Part shown: in pieces, positions 20,821 to 31,675 of the stretch | Numbering within the stretch: the first letter of the stretch is position 1 | How the letters are laid out: every line of letters begins with the position of its first letter | Assembly (NCBI GenBank): GCA_965215015.1 | Contig: OZ244042.1 | Coordinates: forward strand, 3,424,001-3,488,000 | Direction of reading: 5' to 3' | From: Candidatus Poribacteria bacterium | GTDB lineage: Bacteria > Poribacteria > WGA-4E > PCPOR2b | Length of the DNA: 64,000 nt | Made by a program: the position numbers and the translations under genes | Notes under the pieces: model-generated | Told to the model about the DNA's origin: nothing | Databases searched by the model: none | The model's input: the letters and a program-made list of their open reading frames with translations, nothing else

Positions 20821-23322
20821 TTGAGCTATAATTCAGGGACAGAACCTGTGGGAGCGTCACAAATTATGTTCAAACTGCTATCCAAAAGCTTTCTCTTTCA
20901 CTTTATACTTTGGTCGTTGATGGTTGTGGTTTTACAGCCCGTCCTCCTCGCGTCAGAGAGTCAATTGATACGATGGCCCCCAATTATTTGGCCAACACTG
21001 ACGGAAAACCTGATCGATGAGGATGGAAGGAAAGTGATTAGAGTATACCTGCCGCCAAGCTATGATTTTACCGAAAAACGTTATCCGGTTATCTATGTGT
21101 TACACGGATTCGGCGGAGATTCAAATAGTCTAACCCGAAAAATGAAGTCGGCGATGGACCGCATGATCTTCGGCGAGAAGATTCAGGAAGCTATCGCTGT
21201 GTTTGTTGATGGCTCGAATCGGTTCGGCGGGAGTCAGTATCTCAGTTCTCCAACTATTGGCGATTACGAAACGTACATCAGTAGGGATTTGGTCAATTTC
21301 ATTGACAGGCAGTACCGGACGATACCCCACCGGGACAGTCGCGGAATTACAGGGTTTTCGATGGGCGCGTACGGCTCAATGCACCTCTCCCTTAAATATC
21401 CGGAGGTATTCGGTGTGGTTGTTGCCCAAGCCGGTACTTATAAATTTGACGATGATTTGATAGAGTCTTTTACGGAGAAGGGTGGCGTTGTCCTAACTCT
21501 GATGGAGCCGCTGAAACAGAAATCTGGGGACGAATTTTGGAATGCACTGGAAGACTTAGCCAATTCGGACGCCTTACGGAGGGGGAGCCTACCGTTTCGT
21601 AGCGGTCTTGCGTATCTAGCGGGGGTCGCTTCCAATCCTGACAAACCTCCCTGTTATCTAGATTTGCCATATAGGTTAAGGACGGGGATTCCTCCTTGGG
21701 AGCGAGACGAGGAGGTTTGGGAGCGAATTGTTGAGAATGATATCATCCATGAATTAGACCGATACCTCAACAGATTAGAGCAGAATCCGCAACGACCGGT
21801 GCGGTTGAATGGAATCAAGTTGGTCCATGGGCTTGAGGACGAGACAGCGTTACCTAGACAGGCGGAAGCATTGGATCAAAAGTTGACGGAGCTTAGAATT
21901 GAACATGAGCTTGTGACACATGGTGGTGGGCACACATTCATCGCGGAGGAATCGCTGCAATTTATGGCGAAACATCTGGCGTTTGAACCACCGCCTGCTA
22001 CCCCGGACGGTTCTGGCACCGCTTCGGTTTCACCATATGCTGTCGCTGCATATAGCACTGGCAACGAAATTGTTATTACTTATACCGCTGGAGGCATGAT
22101 GCGCGGTGGTGCCCTTACGGTTTATATTCCATCGGGTTGGACACCGCCGCAGAAGGTTCCGGGCCTTCCCGGGTACACGACCGTGACCTCAACTGGCATC
22201 ATCGACGAGGTAACATTTACTAATCAGAGGATTCAGATCGATACTAAGGCCCTCATGCCCGATGACACGGTTACTCTTGTTTATGGGAATGGTGGGGGTA
22301 ATTCAGGAATAACCGCACCGGCGGATCGAGTTTCCACCTTTATTGTCGCTGCCGCCTCAACATCGGACGGTACGTTGACACTGATTAAACAGAGCCCAGT
22401 TCTCGAAGTTTACCTGCACCCGTGGGATGTGAATGGTGATGGGATGGTGGGTGTTCTTGACCTGGTTATCGTCGGAGCTGAGTTTGGACGAATGGTCGAT
22501 GGGGTGATTTTCGGGTACAACCCGGACGTGAACCGGGATGGGATTGTGAACGTATCTGATCTTGTTGTGGTCGGATCGCATTTTGGAGAGACCATCGGTA
22601 GCCCGGCGGCACCTGATTTCTCATCCGTCCCTATATCGGCAACAATCAAATTCGAGAACCCCCAGTTTTTGGGAGATCACATCCTGCTTGACCTGATAAT
22701 TGACACAACTGTGCCCATAGTAGGTTACCATATCCGGATGGCACCGGAGGGGCTTTTAAGGGTTGATCCAAACAGAAGCGATAGCGATGTGTTTCGTTTG
22801 GAGGAGGACACTCAGGCCGGAACGTTGGTGGGTGCCAAACTTGGTGTGGGACAGCCATGGCTCGGGCGGGTGCGGCTCGCTACACTGGAATTGGAAACTA
22901 GTAGTTCGATAGATTCGGCGCAATTCTTGAACCCTACAGTCTCTGTCAAGGCAGCGCATCTCGTCTCCGTGGACGGGCAGCCCATCCGCGTTGGGGTGGA
23001 GCCGTTCTTCATGGATAAGTTGCGCCCTTATCAAACGCGGGTGTTCCCCAACTATCCCAATCCGTTTAACCCGGAGACATGGATTCCCTTCCAATTGCAT
23101 AAGGCGGCACATGTTCGCATCACTGTTTATGATATTTTGGGGCGTAAGGTTCGGAGATTCGACTTGGGGTATCAGGCCGCAGGTTACTACAAAACGCGCG
23201 AGCGGGCTGTGTATTGGGAGGGTTGTAACGACATGAACGAGCGGGTCGCTAGTGGGGCTTACTTCTATCGTCTGGAAGCGGGTGATTTTGTCGGTACGCA
23301 CCAAATGGTTGTGTTGAAATGA
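20821..23322 (+). CDS. secreted esterase with dockerin-like and C-terminal FlgD/T9SS-like domain
   Basis: YLPPSY, GFSMG nucleophile, DVNGDG/DVNRDG Ca-binding pair, NYPNPFNPETWIPF tail. Confidence 0.85.
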   Translation: MSYNSGTEPVGASQIMFKLLSKSFLFHFILWSLMVVVLQPVLLASESQLIRWPPIIWPTLTENLIDEDGRKVIRVYLPPSYDFTEKRYPVIYVLHGFGGDSNSLTRKMKSAMDRMIFGEKIQEAIAVFVDGSNRFGGSQYLSSPTIGDYETYISRDLVNFIDRQYRTIPHRDSRGITGFSMGAYGSMHLSLKYPEVFGVVVAQAGTYKFDDDLIESFTEKGGVVLTLMEPLKQKSGDEFWNALEDLANSDALRRGSLPFRSGLAYLAGVASNPDKPPCYLDLPYRLRTGIPPWERDEEVWERIVENDIIHELDRYLNRLEQNPQRPVRLNGIKLVHGLEDETALPRQAEALDQKLTELRIEHELVTHGGGHTFIAEESLQFMAKHLAFEPPPATPDGSGTASVSPYAVAAYSTGNEIVITYTAGGMMRGGALTVYIPSGWTPPQKVPGLPGYTTVTSTGIIDEVTFTNQRIQIDTKALMPDDTVTLVYGNGGGNSGITAPADRVSTFIVAAASTSDGTLTLIKQSPVLEVYLHPWDVNGDGMVGVLDLVIVGAEFGRMVDGVIFGYNPDVNRDGIVNVSDLVVVGSHFGETIGSPAAPDFSSVPISATIKFENPQFLGDHILLDLIIDTTVPIVGYHIRMAPEGLLRVDPNRSDSDVFRLEEDTQAGTLVGAKLGVGQPWLGRVRLATLELETSSSIDSAQFLNPTVSVKAAHLVSVDGQPIRVGVEPFFMDKLRPYQTRVFPNYPNPFNPETWIPFQLHKAAHVRITVYDILGRKVRRFDLGYQAAGYYKTRERAVYWEGCNDMNERVASGAYFYRLEAGDFVGTHQMVVLK

Positions 23323-23617
23323 TGCAAATTGCGATGTAACCTATAATGCTATACCCTTGTCGCTCCGCTGGGGCTGTGTTGGTTCATTAGTTCATTGATT
23401 CGGCAAGATTCATATCTCGACAAAACATCCGGACTATAGCGCAATGTTCTCGGTATTTTCGATTTTGGAAAATTGACCTATTAGGAATCATCGTTGAGGT
23501 TTGTCTAAGATAGGGGCAACTTGGGTTTTACAACCCCTCTCCCTAAATGGCTTGGATTTGCCAATCCAAACCGAGTGCTGCGGCTAAATAGCACGCAAGC
23601 AGTACACCGAATTAGTC

Positions 23618-24769
23618 CTAATCTTCCGTCGCGCTTAAAGGTAATGGTGTTTTCGCCAATTCTGGGTCTAAGATGCGAATGTCTGCCGCCGCTTTCTGTT
23701 CAGTTAGCCAGGCTTCCCTTCGTTTTCGCAGCTCTTCCCCGATAAGTTTGTTCTGGATTTCTTGGCTAACTTCTGGGTATGCTTTCTGGCGGGCTGGTTC
23801 TTTTTTGAGCATCTGAGCGATGAGATATCCCTCGGGGGTCGGAATAGGTTGGCTCACTTCATTGATGTCCAAATCAGCAATTACTCGCTGAATCTCTGTA
23901 TCGGCCGGGATCACCTGTGTTTCGTCCACAACCTGAAGGAGCGGGTTATCAGGGTAAACTTGCTGGATCTCCTGAAAGGTTGCTCCTGCTTGTAACTGGG
24001 AAGCGATGGTTTCAGCAAGTGTCTTGGCGTGGATTTGCAGATCTGCTGCATCGTCAGATTCGGCTGCATTATCAGATTTCAATTTGACCAAGATATACCG
24101 AAATTGAATCTGCGCGGGTTCAAGAAATTCTAATTGATGTTGCTCAAAATATTGGGGTGCCTCTTGATTAATCTGTTTGTCGTCAATACTGCTGCGAAAT
24201 TGGCGGATGGTCAGTTCCTTTACAATTAAGATAGTCCTCACCCGTTCCTCTACTTCCCGATATTCTAATCCTAGTCGCTTCAGATCTTCCAAGAATAGTG
24301 CCTCGTTGCTATATAAGGATTTCAGTCCTTGAATTTCTGTATTCACCTTTTTTCCCCAACTCCAGAGCAGAATTCCGATATCGTCTGCCTTCTGTAACAT
24401 CAATTCTTGCTCGATGAGTGTTTCTAAAATCGCTCGCTTGACTGTATTCGGGGGATTCTTAATTTCTTGGATATTTAGCGCGTTTTCCTGTTCGCCTAGT
24501 ATGATTAGCGGATTATTGATAACGGCAATAAGGATTAGTTCGGTCTCTAATTCGTGTAGTGTGATTGGCTGATCGTTGACGACAGCGACCACGTAGTCAA
24601 TGATTCTTTCTCTGGTAAATCCGCTTGATATGCCTATTAGGCTAGCGATGAAGGAAAAGTAGAGTGAAACGTGGAATGCGATGCGTAAGGCGTAAGGAGA
24701 ATGCAAAACGTCAGTGTGTTTCTTGCGCCTCTTTCCTTGGCTGTCGACTGAGTGTCCAAGCCCTTCCAT
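23618..24769 (-). CDS. SurA/PpiC-type peptidyl-prolyl isomerase chaperone
   Basis: IDYVVAVVNDQPIT, SQPIPTPEGY. Confidence 0.8.
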   Translation of the reverse strand: MEGLGHSVDSQGKRRKKHTDVLHSPYALRIAFHVSLYFSFIASLIGISSGFTRERIIDYVVAVVNDQPITLHELETELILIAVINNPLIILGEQENALNIQEIKNPPNTVKRAILETLIEQELMLQKADDIGILLWSWGKKVNTEIQGLKSLYSNEALFLEDLKRLGLEYREVEERVRTILIVKELTIRQFRSSIDDKQINQEAPQYFEQHQLEFLEPAQIQFRYILVKLKSDNAAESDDAADLQIHAKTLAETIASQLQAGATFQEIQQVYPDNPLLQVVDETQVIPADTEIQRVIADLDINEVSQPIPTPEGYLIAQMLKKEPARQKAYPEVSQEIQNKLIGEELRKRREAWLTEQKAAADIRILDPELAKTPLPLSATED

Positions 24770-24884
24770 CTTTGTCCTCCTGCCCGTATTCGATTCTTGA
24801 AAGGTGCTTTGGATTCGATTTGGTCATCCTGTTTGTTGTGTATAACGGATGCTGCGGCTCATCCGATACCAATTCCATCGTAAA

Positions 24885-24913
24885 ATTATATTCGTTCGAT
24901 ATCTACCTGTCAA
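24885..24913 (-). promoter_or_regulatory. consensus sigma70 promoter for the surA-like gene
   Basis: TTGACA-17 bp-TATAAT on the minus strand. Confidence 0.8.
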
Positions 24914-25368
24914 TTAGAAATTTTCACGGTTAGGGCTATTTAGTTTTCGGTTTTCTCTCTGCCTGAGCCGTGTGTTGGGATTCCCAAATGTCCCGTAGGC
25001 CGGGCATCTTGCCTGACTCATGCGCCAATGAACCGAGTATCGGGAGTTGGAAATCCCTTCCACAAGAGAGCTAAATCCGCCATTTCACAGTTGATAGAAT
25101 TGACCGACTGTGCTATCATATAATAGCACAGGTTGCTGCCTGTCGCCCTTTGCTGATGCTGCGATCGGGATTCAGAACAACTGAGGTTTTTTGTTAGTTC
25201 ATTGGTTCATCAGTTCACTGGTTGATTAATTGTGGGGATTGGGTTTTGCTCTCATTATTCGTAAGAACGTGGTGTTGAAAGGCTGGAACTTTATTGTCCT
25301 TGATAGCGAGACACTTTCAATCGTTCAACCTAACCTACAATACTATCCTATAGCGCGACAATTTCGGT

Positions 25369-27786
25369 TTGGAAGAGAGGTGGAAGGTTGTGAAAAACTC
25401 TGATCAGCCCATCTCAAAAGAATTGTTGAAAACATTGGATACAATTCAGCAGCGTGTGCTGTGGCTGGCAACGCTTATTATTCACTACGCGAACAACCTG
25501 CGTTCCAATCCAGATCAGACGAAGGTCGGCGGCCACCAGGCCTCTTCGGCATCGGTGGTTTCGATCTTGACAGCACTCTATTTCCATTTTCTTCAAGCCG
25601 GTGACCGTGTTTCTATCAAACCGCACGCTTCGCCGGTTTTTCATGCGATCCACTATCTGCTGGGTCAGCTGCCAAAAAAATACCTGACCATGTTTCGATC
25701 ATTTGGGGGGCTGCAGGCTTATCCAAGTCGAACGAAGGACCCGGACGCCGTCGACTTTTCGACCGGATCTGTAGGACTGGGCGCGGTTGCGCCGGCTTTT
25801 GGGGCATTAGCCCATCGCTATGTGCTCTCGCATTTCGGTCACGTGAGTTCGCGGCGTTTCGTGGGGGTCATTGGTGACGCTGAGCTGGACGAGGGGAATG
25901 TGTGGGAAGCTATCTTGGATCAAGCCCTCACCGGTTTGGACAACCTGCTGTGGATTGTCGATCTCAACCGCCAAAGCCTGGACCGAATCGTGCCCGGCAT
26001 TCGCGCGCGGCAACTTGAGCGTCTATTTGAGGAGAGTGGTTGGCAGGTACTTGAGGCAAAGTATGGTCGGCGGCTTCGGGAGCTCTTTGAACGCCCTGGC
26101 GGTGCCGCCTTGCGCCTGCGAATTGATGAAATGAGCAATGAGGAGTATCAGGCCCTCATTCGGCTCCCCGGTGCGGAACTCCGCTCTCGGATCATTGATT
26201 GTCAGGGCATCGATAATGCTGAAATCGCCGCAGTGATTCAGGATATCCCGGATGAAACGCTGCCATCGGTGTTAAGTAACTTAGGTGGACATGACTTGGA
26301 AGAACTGCTTACAGTACTGTCGCAGACTGAAGCGGAACCAGAAAAGCCGACGATTATCTTCGCTTATACGATTAAAGGTTGGGGAACCCCTATCGCTGGG
26401 CACCCGCTCAATCATTCGATGCTCCTGAGTGAGGAACAGATAGCGGACTTGCGCGAGGGCTTGGGTGTCTCTGCCGGCGACGAGTGGGAACGGTTTGATC
26501 CGGGGTCATCTGCGGGTCAACTCTGTCTGGCGGTCGCCGGTCGACTTTTTCCTCGCAATCCTGCACCGCCGGTAACCCTTTCCGCTGATGATGTGCCGAC
26601 GGCACTCTCTCTTCCCACCCAAGGATTTTTGAGTACGCAGCAGTCTCTGGGGCGGCTGCTGATGCGTCTAACTCGTGTGCCGAAGTTGGCGGATCGGATT
26701 GTCACGACTTCGCCGGATGTATCGGTGTCTACCAATCTCTCGGGGTGGATTATCAAGACGGGTGTGTTTGCGCCGCAAGAATTGCCTGACTATGAGAGCG
26801 AAGCGAACCAACTCCGAAGCTGGCGGCATGGACCGTGGGGGCAGCACATTGAATTGGGAATTTCGGAGATGAACCTCTTCACGTTGCTGGGGATGCTCGG
26901 CTTGTCGGCTGAACTGTGCGGCCAACATGTTATCCCGATTGGCACCGTCTATGATCCATTTGTGTGCCGCGGCCTTGAAGCACTGATTTATGCCCAGTAT
27001 TCGGGGGCGAAATTTATTTTCGCCGGGACACCGTCGGGGATCACGTTGTCGCCGGAGGGGGGTGCCCATCAATCCACCGTTACGCCTTCACTCGGCGCGG
27101 AGATACCGAGACTCAACGCCTATGAGCCGTGTTTTGCACAGGAGTTGGAGTGGATACTGTTGGACGCGCTCCGTCAATGTTGTGACCGGGAGCGGGGACG
27201 CTCGACCTACCTTCGACTGTCCACCAAGCCGATTGATCAGGCGTTGCTCACACCGGCTTTAGAGCGTCTAGGAGCTGATGAATTGCAGCACCAGGTGTTG
27301 GCTGGTGGATACCGCTTAGTGGATTGGCGCAATGCGGATCCAGTTGCGCCAAGAGAGCGACTGGTTCATATTGCGACAACTGGCGTCATGATTTCAGAGG
27401 CTATTGAAGCTGCGAACATTCTTCGCCAGCAGCGGGTGGCAGTCAATGTGCTGAATATGACTAGTCCTCGCCGATTGTTTGAGGCGTGGCAGGCGATGCG
27501 ACAACTTCCCGAACGTCCGCACGGTGGAGGGGAGATCTCCACTCCGTTTGACTGGTTGATTCCAACCAATGAGCGGCACGCACCGATTGTTACTGTCCAC
27601 GATGGTGCCTCCCACGCTTTATCTTGGTTGGGGAGTGTCTACGGGGAGTTGGTTATCCCTCTCGGTGTGGACGAATTTGGGCAATCGGGGGACCGCTCTG
27701 AACTCTATCGTCACTTTGGGATTGATGCCGAGGGTATTGCGATGGCGGCGGTAGCGGCATTAAATCGCTGTGGTCTGTCTGTTTGA
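25369..27786 (+). CDS. AceE-type pyruvate dehydrogenase E1 / transketolase-like
   Basis: GGHQASSAS, FSTGSVGLG, TPP motif GDAELDEG...NRQSLD, EGGAHQ. Confidence 0.88.
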   Translation: MEERWKVVKNSDQPISKELLKTLDTIQQRVLWLATLIIHYANNLRSNPDQTKVGGHQASSASVVSILTALYFHFLQAGDRVSIKPHASPVFHAIHYLLGQLPKKYLTMFRSFGGLQAYPSRTKDPDAVDFSTGSVGLGAVAPAFGALAHRYVLSHFGHVSSRRFVGVIGDAELDEGNVWEAILDQALTGLDNLLWIVDLNRQSLDRIVPGIRARQLERLFEESGWQVLEAKYGRRLRELFERPGGAALRLRIDEMSNEEYQALIRLPGAELRSRIIDCQGIDNAEIAAVIQDIPDETLPSVLSNLGGHDLEELLTVLSQTEAEPEKPTIIFAYTIKGWGTPIAGHPLNHSMLLSEEQIADLREGLGVSAGDEWERFDPGSSAGQLCLAVAGRLFPRNPAPPVTLSADDVPTALSLPTQGFLSTQQSLGRLLMRLTRVPKLADRIVTTSPDVSVSTNLSGWIIKTGVFAPQELPDYESEANQLRSWRHGPWGQHIELGISEMNLFTLLGMLGLSAELCGQHVIPIGTVYDPFVCRGLEALIYAQYSGAKFIFAGTPSGITLSPEGGAHQSTVTPSLGAEIPRLNAYEPCFAQELEWILLDALRQCCDRERGRSTYLRLSTKPIDQALLTPALERLGADELQHQVLAGGYRLVDWRNADPVAPRERLVHIATTGVMISEAIEAANILRQQRVAVNVLNMTSPRRLFEAWQAMRQLPERPHGGGEISTPFDWLIPTNERHAPIVTVHDGASHALSWLGSVYGELVIPLGVDEFGQSGDRSELYRHFGIDAEGIAMAAVAALNRCGLSV

Positions 27787-27788
27787 TG

Positions 27789-28523
27789 TCACTGTATCGT
27801 TAGCGGCATGACGTTGGACTCAAGCGTTGCTGAACCCCGGTAGGAATCCAATAGAAGATAGGGTCCGTCCTGTTTTCTTGCCTCTTCGTGCTCCAAGCCT
27901 TCAATCTCTCTCTCCAAATTGTGAATCACCCGTTCCTTCATGTCGTCAGGTATGCTAGCGTTTGCTTGTACTATCCGAATTTCGTTCTTTATCTCCTGCA
28001 CCTCTGGCAATTCGGGCGAAAAGATCTCCCGATAGACTTTCAACTCTATAAGTACTTGCAATGTATAGTCTCCCGGTCCTAGTTTGTAATAGGTCCACAA
28101 GTTTTTCAATATTGCCTGCCTTGTTTCCCCTGCCTTGAGTTCGGTTCCTTGGATACAACTTGTCACCTTGTCTTTCCACATCACGGTTTTGGTTTTCGCT
28201 GGGAATGTGATCGGCGGTTTGGGGGCGATAACCTGCCCCAGATTATTTTTGACCACCAATTTCGTGAATGCTCCCCTGGTTGCAACGGTGGCATATGGTA
28301 CAAGTAGATCAAACTTCCCCACCTGAATCGTTATTTCAAGGGGAACTGGTTCGTTAAATGTGTAATTCGGTTTCACCGATGATAAATGAAGCTCTGCAAG
28401 GGAGGCCGGGGTCGCTGCTGCTTCCGGAGCAGGATTGATTTCGGTCTTTCCTGTTGTACCACTCAGGCAGCCAGTGGTATAGAGACTCCATAGGGTTAGG
28501 CATATTAGAAGTCGGGTTGTCAT
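27789..28523 (-). CDS. hypothetical lipoprotein
   Basis: Signal peptide with TTGC lipobox-like motif; AGGAG RBS. Confidence 0.6.
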   Translation of the reverse strand: MTTRLLICLTLWSLYTTGCLSGTTGKTEINPAPEAAATPASLAELHLSSVKPNYTFNEPVPLEITIQVGKFDLLVPYATVATRGAFTKLVVKNNLGQVIAPKPPITFPAKTKTVMWKDKVTSCIQGTELKAGETRQAILKNLWTYYKLGPGDYTLQVLIELKVYREIFSPELPEVQEIKNEIRIVQANASIPDDMKERVIHNLEREIEGLEHEEARKQDGPYLLLDSYRGSATLESNVMPLTIQ

Positions 28524-28817
28524 GGTGTTCTCCTGTTAGTTTGGATGAGAAGAAAAACATCCACAAATCTACGCGAATTTTCGCTAATAGAATTTTTCAG
28601 CCCCCTTTTCATCGGGTCAATGGTTGTAACTGCGGGACGGTTTTCCGAAGGATATACCCGAAATTGTCCTTTCAGTCCCCTTTTCATTGGGTCAATGGTT
28701 GTAACTACAGGCGAGCGTGCTGCGATTAATTACTGGATGAACTTTCAGTCCCCTTTTCATCGGGTCAATGATTGTAACTTGGCGAGTTTGGGTTGACGGC
28801 ACTCGCCAGCCGTAAGA

Positions 28818-29252
28818 TTATTCTTCTATGAAAAAGATATCGGGGTTGACTTTGAGAAAATCACAGATTTTGAGAAAATCCTCAATCTTGATTGTCTCTG
28901 GCGTTTTCATTTTGAAGGACATTGCTGCCTTCGTTAGCCCGATGTGTCGCCCGACCTCAATCTGCTTCCGCGCTTGGACAGCCTCGCGAAAAACGTTTGT
29001 ATCAAGTTTCATTCCGCACCTCGCCTGTGGCGCTGCATTTTCGGGCGTGCCGTCGCCGGATGCGATAAAGCGATCGGGGTTAGCGTTGATAAAATCACAG
29101 ATTTTGAGAAAAACCCCGACCTTGATTTTTTCGGGCGTCCTCATTTTAAAGGACATCGATTCTGGAGTTAGCCCGATATGTCGCGCAACTTCGTACAGCT
29201 TCCGCGGCGACTTCTTGACTGCCCCGCGAAAGCTGGCGGTATCCAGCTTCAT
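28818..29252 (-). CDS. tandem two-domain Cro/XRE-like HTH protein inside the CRISPR array
   Basis: Two about 65-aa copies of MKLDT..F...RHIGLT...MSFKM.TPE.IK...FLKICDF...PD.F; RBS AGGAGG 6 nt before ATG. Confidence 0.8.
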   Translation of the reverse strand: MKLDTASFRGAVKKSPRKLYEVARHIGLTPESMSFKMRTPEKIKVGVFLKICDFINANPDRFIASGDGTPENAAPQARCGMKLDTNVFREAVQARKQIEVGRHIGLTKAAMSFKMKTPETIKIEDFLKICDFLKVNPDIFFIEE

Positions 29253-29509
29253 TCTGCACCTCCTGTGAGCCCGGCCTCCGACAGGAGGTCGGCGAAATGG
29301 GAACTCGGCGGTGGGGGTTCAGGAATGTCAACAGGGTCGTTTCCCTCCACCAGACCGAGGGCGACTAAAATGCTGCCCTTCTCCCGTTCAACGCCGTCTA
29401 CGAAGAGATACAGTTCGCTCGAACGGCGCTTGTATGTCCATTCCCTAAGAATGGCCTGCGGCCCAAGGGCATGGATTGTGGCGCACCCCCCGGATTGCAG
29501 CTCTAACAC
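29249..29509 (-). CDS. hypothetical protein inside the array, probably a 5'-truncated foreign gene
   Basis: Frame opens 1 nt after the repeat; its stop overlaps the HTH start (ATGA coupling). Confidence 0.5.
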   Translation of the reverse strand: MLELQSGGCATIHALGPQAILREWTYKRRSSELYLFVDGVEREKGSILVALGLVEGNDPVDIPEPPPPSSHFADLLSEAGLTGGAE

Positions 29510-31232
29510 GCTTTCAGTCCCCTTTTCATCGGGTCAATGGTTGTAACTAGGCAAAATACTCACTATCAACTTTATCCATTACCTCTTTCAGTCCCCTTTT
29601 CATCGGGTCAATGGTTGTAACAACACGACGGATGGGATCACAACAGTCCAAACAGGACTTTCAGTCCCCTTTTCATCGGGTCAATGGTTGTAACATCGAA
29701 CGCAAGATACGAGAGATCTTTGAAAGCGAACTTTCAGTCCCCTTTTCATCGGGTCAATGGTTGTAACTTCTGCGATACAATCGTTGCAGGGCGACGTTTC
29801 GGCTTTCAGTCCCCTTTTCATCGGGTCAATGGTTGTAACTTATCGAATGCGGGTTACGCGGGGACTCAGGTGGCGTCTTTCAGTCCCCTTTTCATCGGGT
29901 CAATGGTTGTAACTCGGAGACTGGGAATGGAAGTACAACACTGAATGTAGCGCTTTCAGTCCCCTTTTCATCGGGTCAATGGTTGTAACTGGGTTCTGGG
30001 GGAGAGAATGGATGTTGACGAGCTGTCTTTCAGTCCCCTTTTCATCGGGTCAATGGTTGTAACTAATGCAGCTACGATTGATCAAGGTGGTCAATCGTAT
30101 CTTTCAGTCCCCTTTTCATCGGGTCAATGGTTGTAACTAAAAGTCCAAGGCTTCACGGACGAAGAACGGGCGCCTTTCAGTCCCCTTTTCATCGGGTCAA
30201 TGGTTGTAACACAAACCAGTCCACGAAATAGACGCCATCGCCTGCTTTCAGTCCCCTTTTCATCGGGTCAATGGTTGTAACCAAACGCCGAGCGTCGGGG
30301 CAATCGCATCCGCTTGTCCTTTCAGTCCCCTTTTCATCGGGTCAATGGTTGTAACTCGCTTGACGACGGTTCATACGACCATCCGCCCACGCTTTCAGTC
30401 CCCTTTTCATCGGGTCAATGGTTGTAACGTTTTCGACCCTCGCTTACCACCCCGAGCCGTCAAGCTTTCAGTCCCCTTTTCATCGGGTCAATGGTTGTAA
30501 CCATCTCAAATCTCCTTTTGCCCTTGAGGGCGATTGTGCTTTCAGTCCCCTTTTCATCGGGTCAATGGTTGTAACCTTGAACCACCGACGGAGGTGAGAC
30601 GGCGGAGCGTGCTTTCAGTCCCCTTTTCATCGGGTCAATGGTTGTAACTGGGGAGGACGAGGACAGCGTCCTCAAGGCCGTCACTTTCAGTCCCCTTTTC
30701 ATCGGGTCAATGGTTGTAACTGAAAATTGCACTGGTATGCGACGCCCGAAAAGATCTTTCAGTCCCCTTTTCATCGGGTCAATGGTTGTAACATAGCAGC
30801 GTGAATCAGATCAGACAAAGTCGTCCTCTCTTTCAGTCCCCTTTTCATCGGGTCAATGGTTGTAACTGCTAGGCAACGAGTTCATCGCCAAGAAGTCCGG
30901 GACTTTCAGTCCCCTTTTCATCGGGTCAATGGTTGTAACTAACTTTCATTGCTGTTCTCCGTTCCTCTTAAAAGCTTTCAGTCCCCTTTTCATCGGGTCA
31001 ATGGTTGTAACCTGGAGAGCAAGAGTGTCTCGGAAACGGGTGAAGCGCTTTCAGTCCCCTTTTCATCGGGTCAATGGTTGTAACTGTTGATGAACTTGAC
31101 GGCAAACGCCCGTACATCGTCTTTCAGTCCCCTTTTCATCGGGTCAATGGTTGTAACTTCTATCAGTGCAGCCTTTTGGGCTTGGATAATAGAGACTTTC
31201 AGTCCCCTTTTCATCGGGTCAATGGTTGTAAC

Positions 31233-31400
31233 CGATTACGGGCAGCACCCATGGATCACTCCAGAACGCATGAAATATCTGTATTTGTGAAGTATATTCT
31301 CTATCATCACATGAAACGCCTCCACATTCAAGTAAAAAGTGTATATCTCCAGCGCGGCTTGTGTTCATCGCCATCCGTGGGGGTATGCCTGTCGCTTTCG
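31233..31400 (-). promoter_or_regulatory. CRISPR leader (extent approximate)
   Basis: AT-richer non-coding DNA between the first repeat and cas4. Confidence 0.55.
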
Positions 31401-31675
31401 CAAATCCCTTTTCTGTGGTTTTGTCCGTCCATTCGATCGTGGAGATCAGGGGGAGTCGGTCGCAAATCCGTCTCCCTGCTCATTGTAGCAATGGTTGAAA
31501 TACGGGCAAGCACAAGGCTTGCCCCTACGGAGGACATTAATCCCTTTTGTGTTGGATGGCGGTTGGAACGCTTTACGGGTAGATTTGATACGAAATCAGG
31601 AACGCGGATCTACGTTCTCTATTTTTTTTCGCAAATCGCCCTATCTTTTCCTCAGAAACTCAATTTGCGATTTCT

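Larger units (their letters stand above)
28594..31232 (-). CRISPR. CRISPR array, 27 repeats of 37 bp (GTTACAACCATTGACCCGATGAAAAGGGGACTGAAAG)
   Basis: 24 perfect repeats at 29511-31232 with 34-39 bp spacers; 3 repeats with 1-2 mismatches at 28594, 28669, 28742; one 732-bp interval at 28779-29510. Degenerate trailer on the left, leader beside cas4 and the GAAAG end give minus orientation. Confidence 0.98.

Noticed and set aside
28779-29510. Insertion sequence interrupting the array
   Set aside because: No transposase motifs, terminal inverted repeats or target duplication seen.
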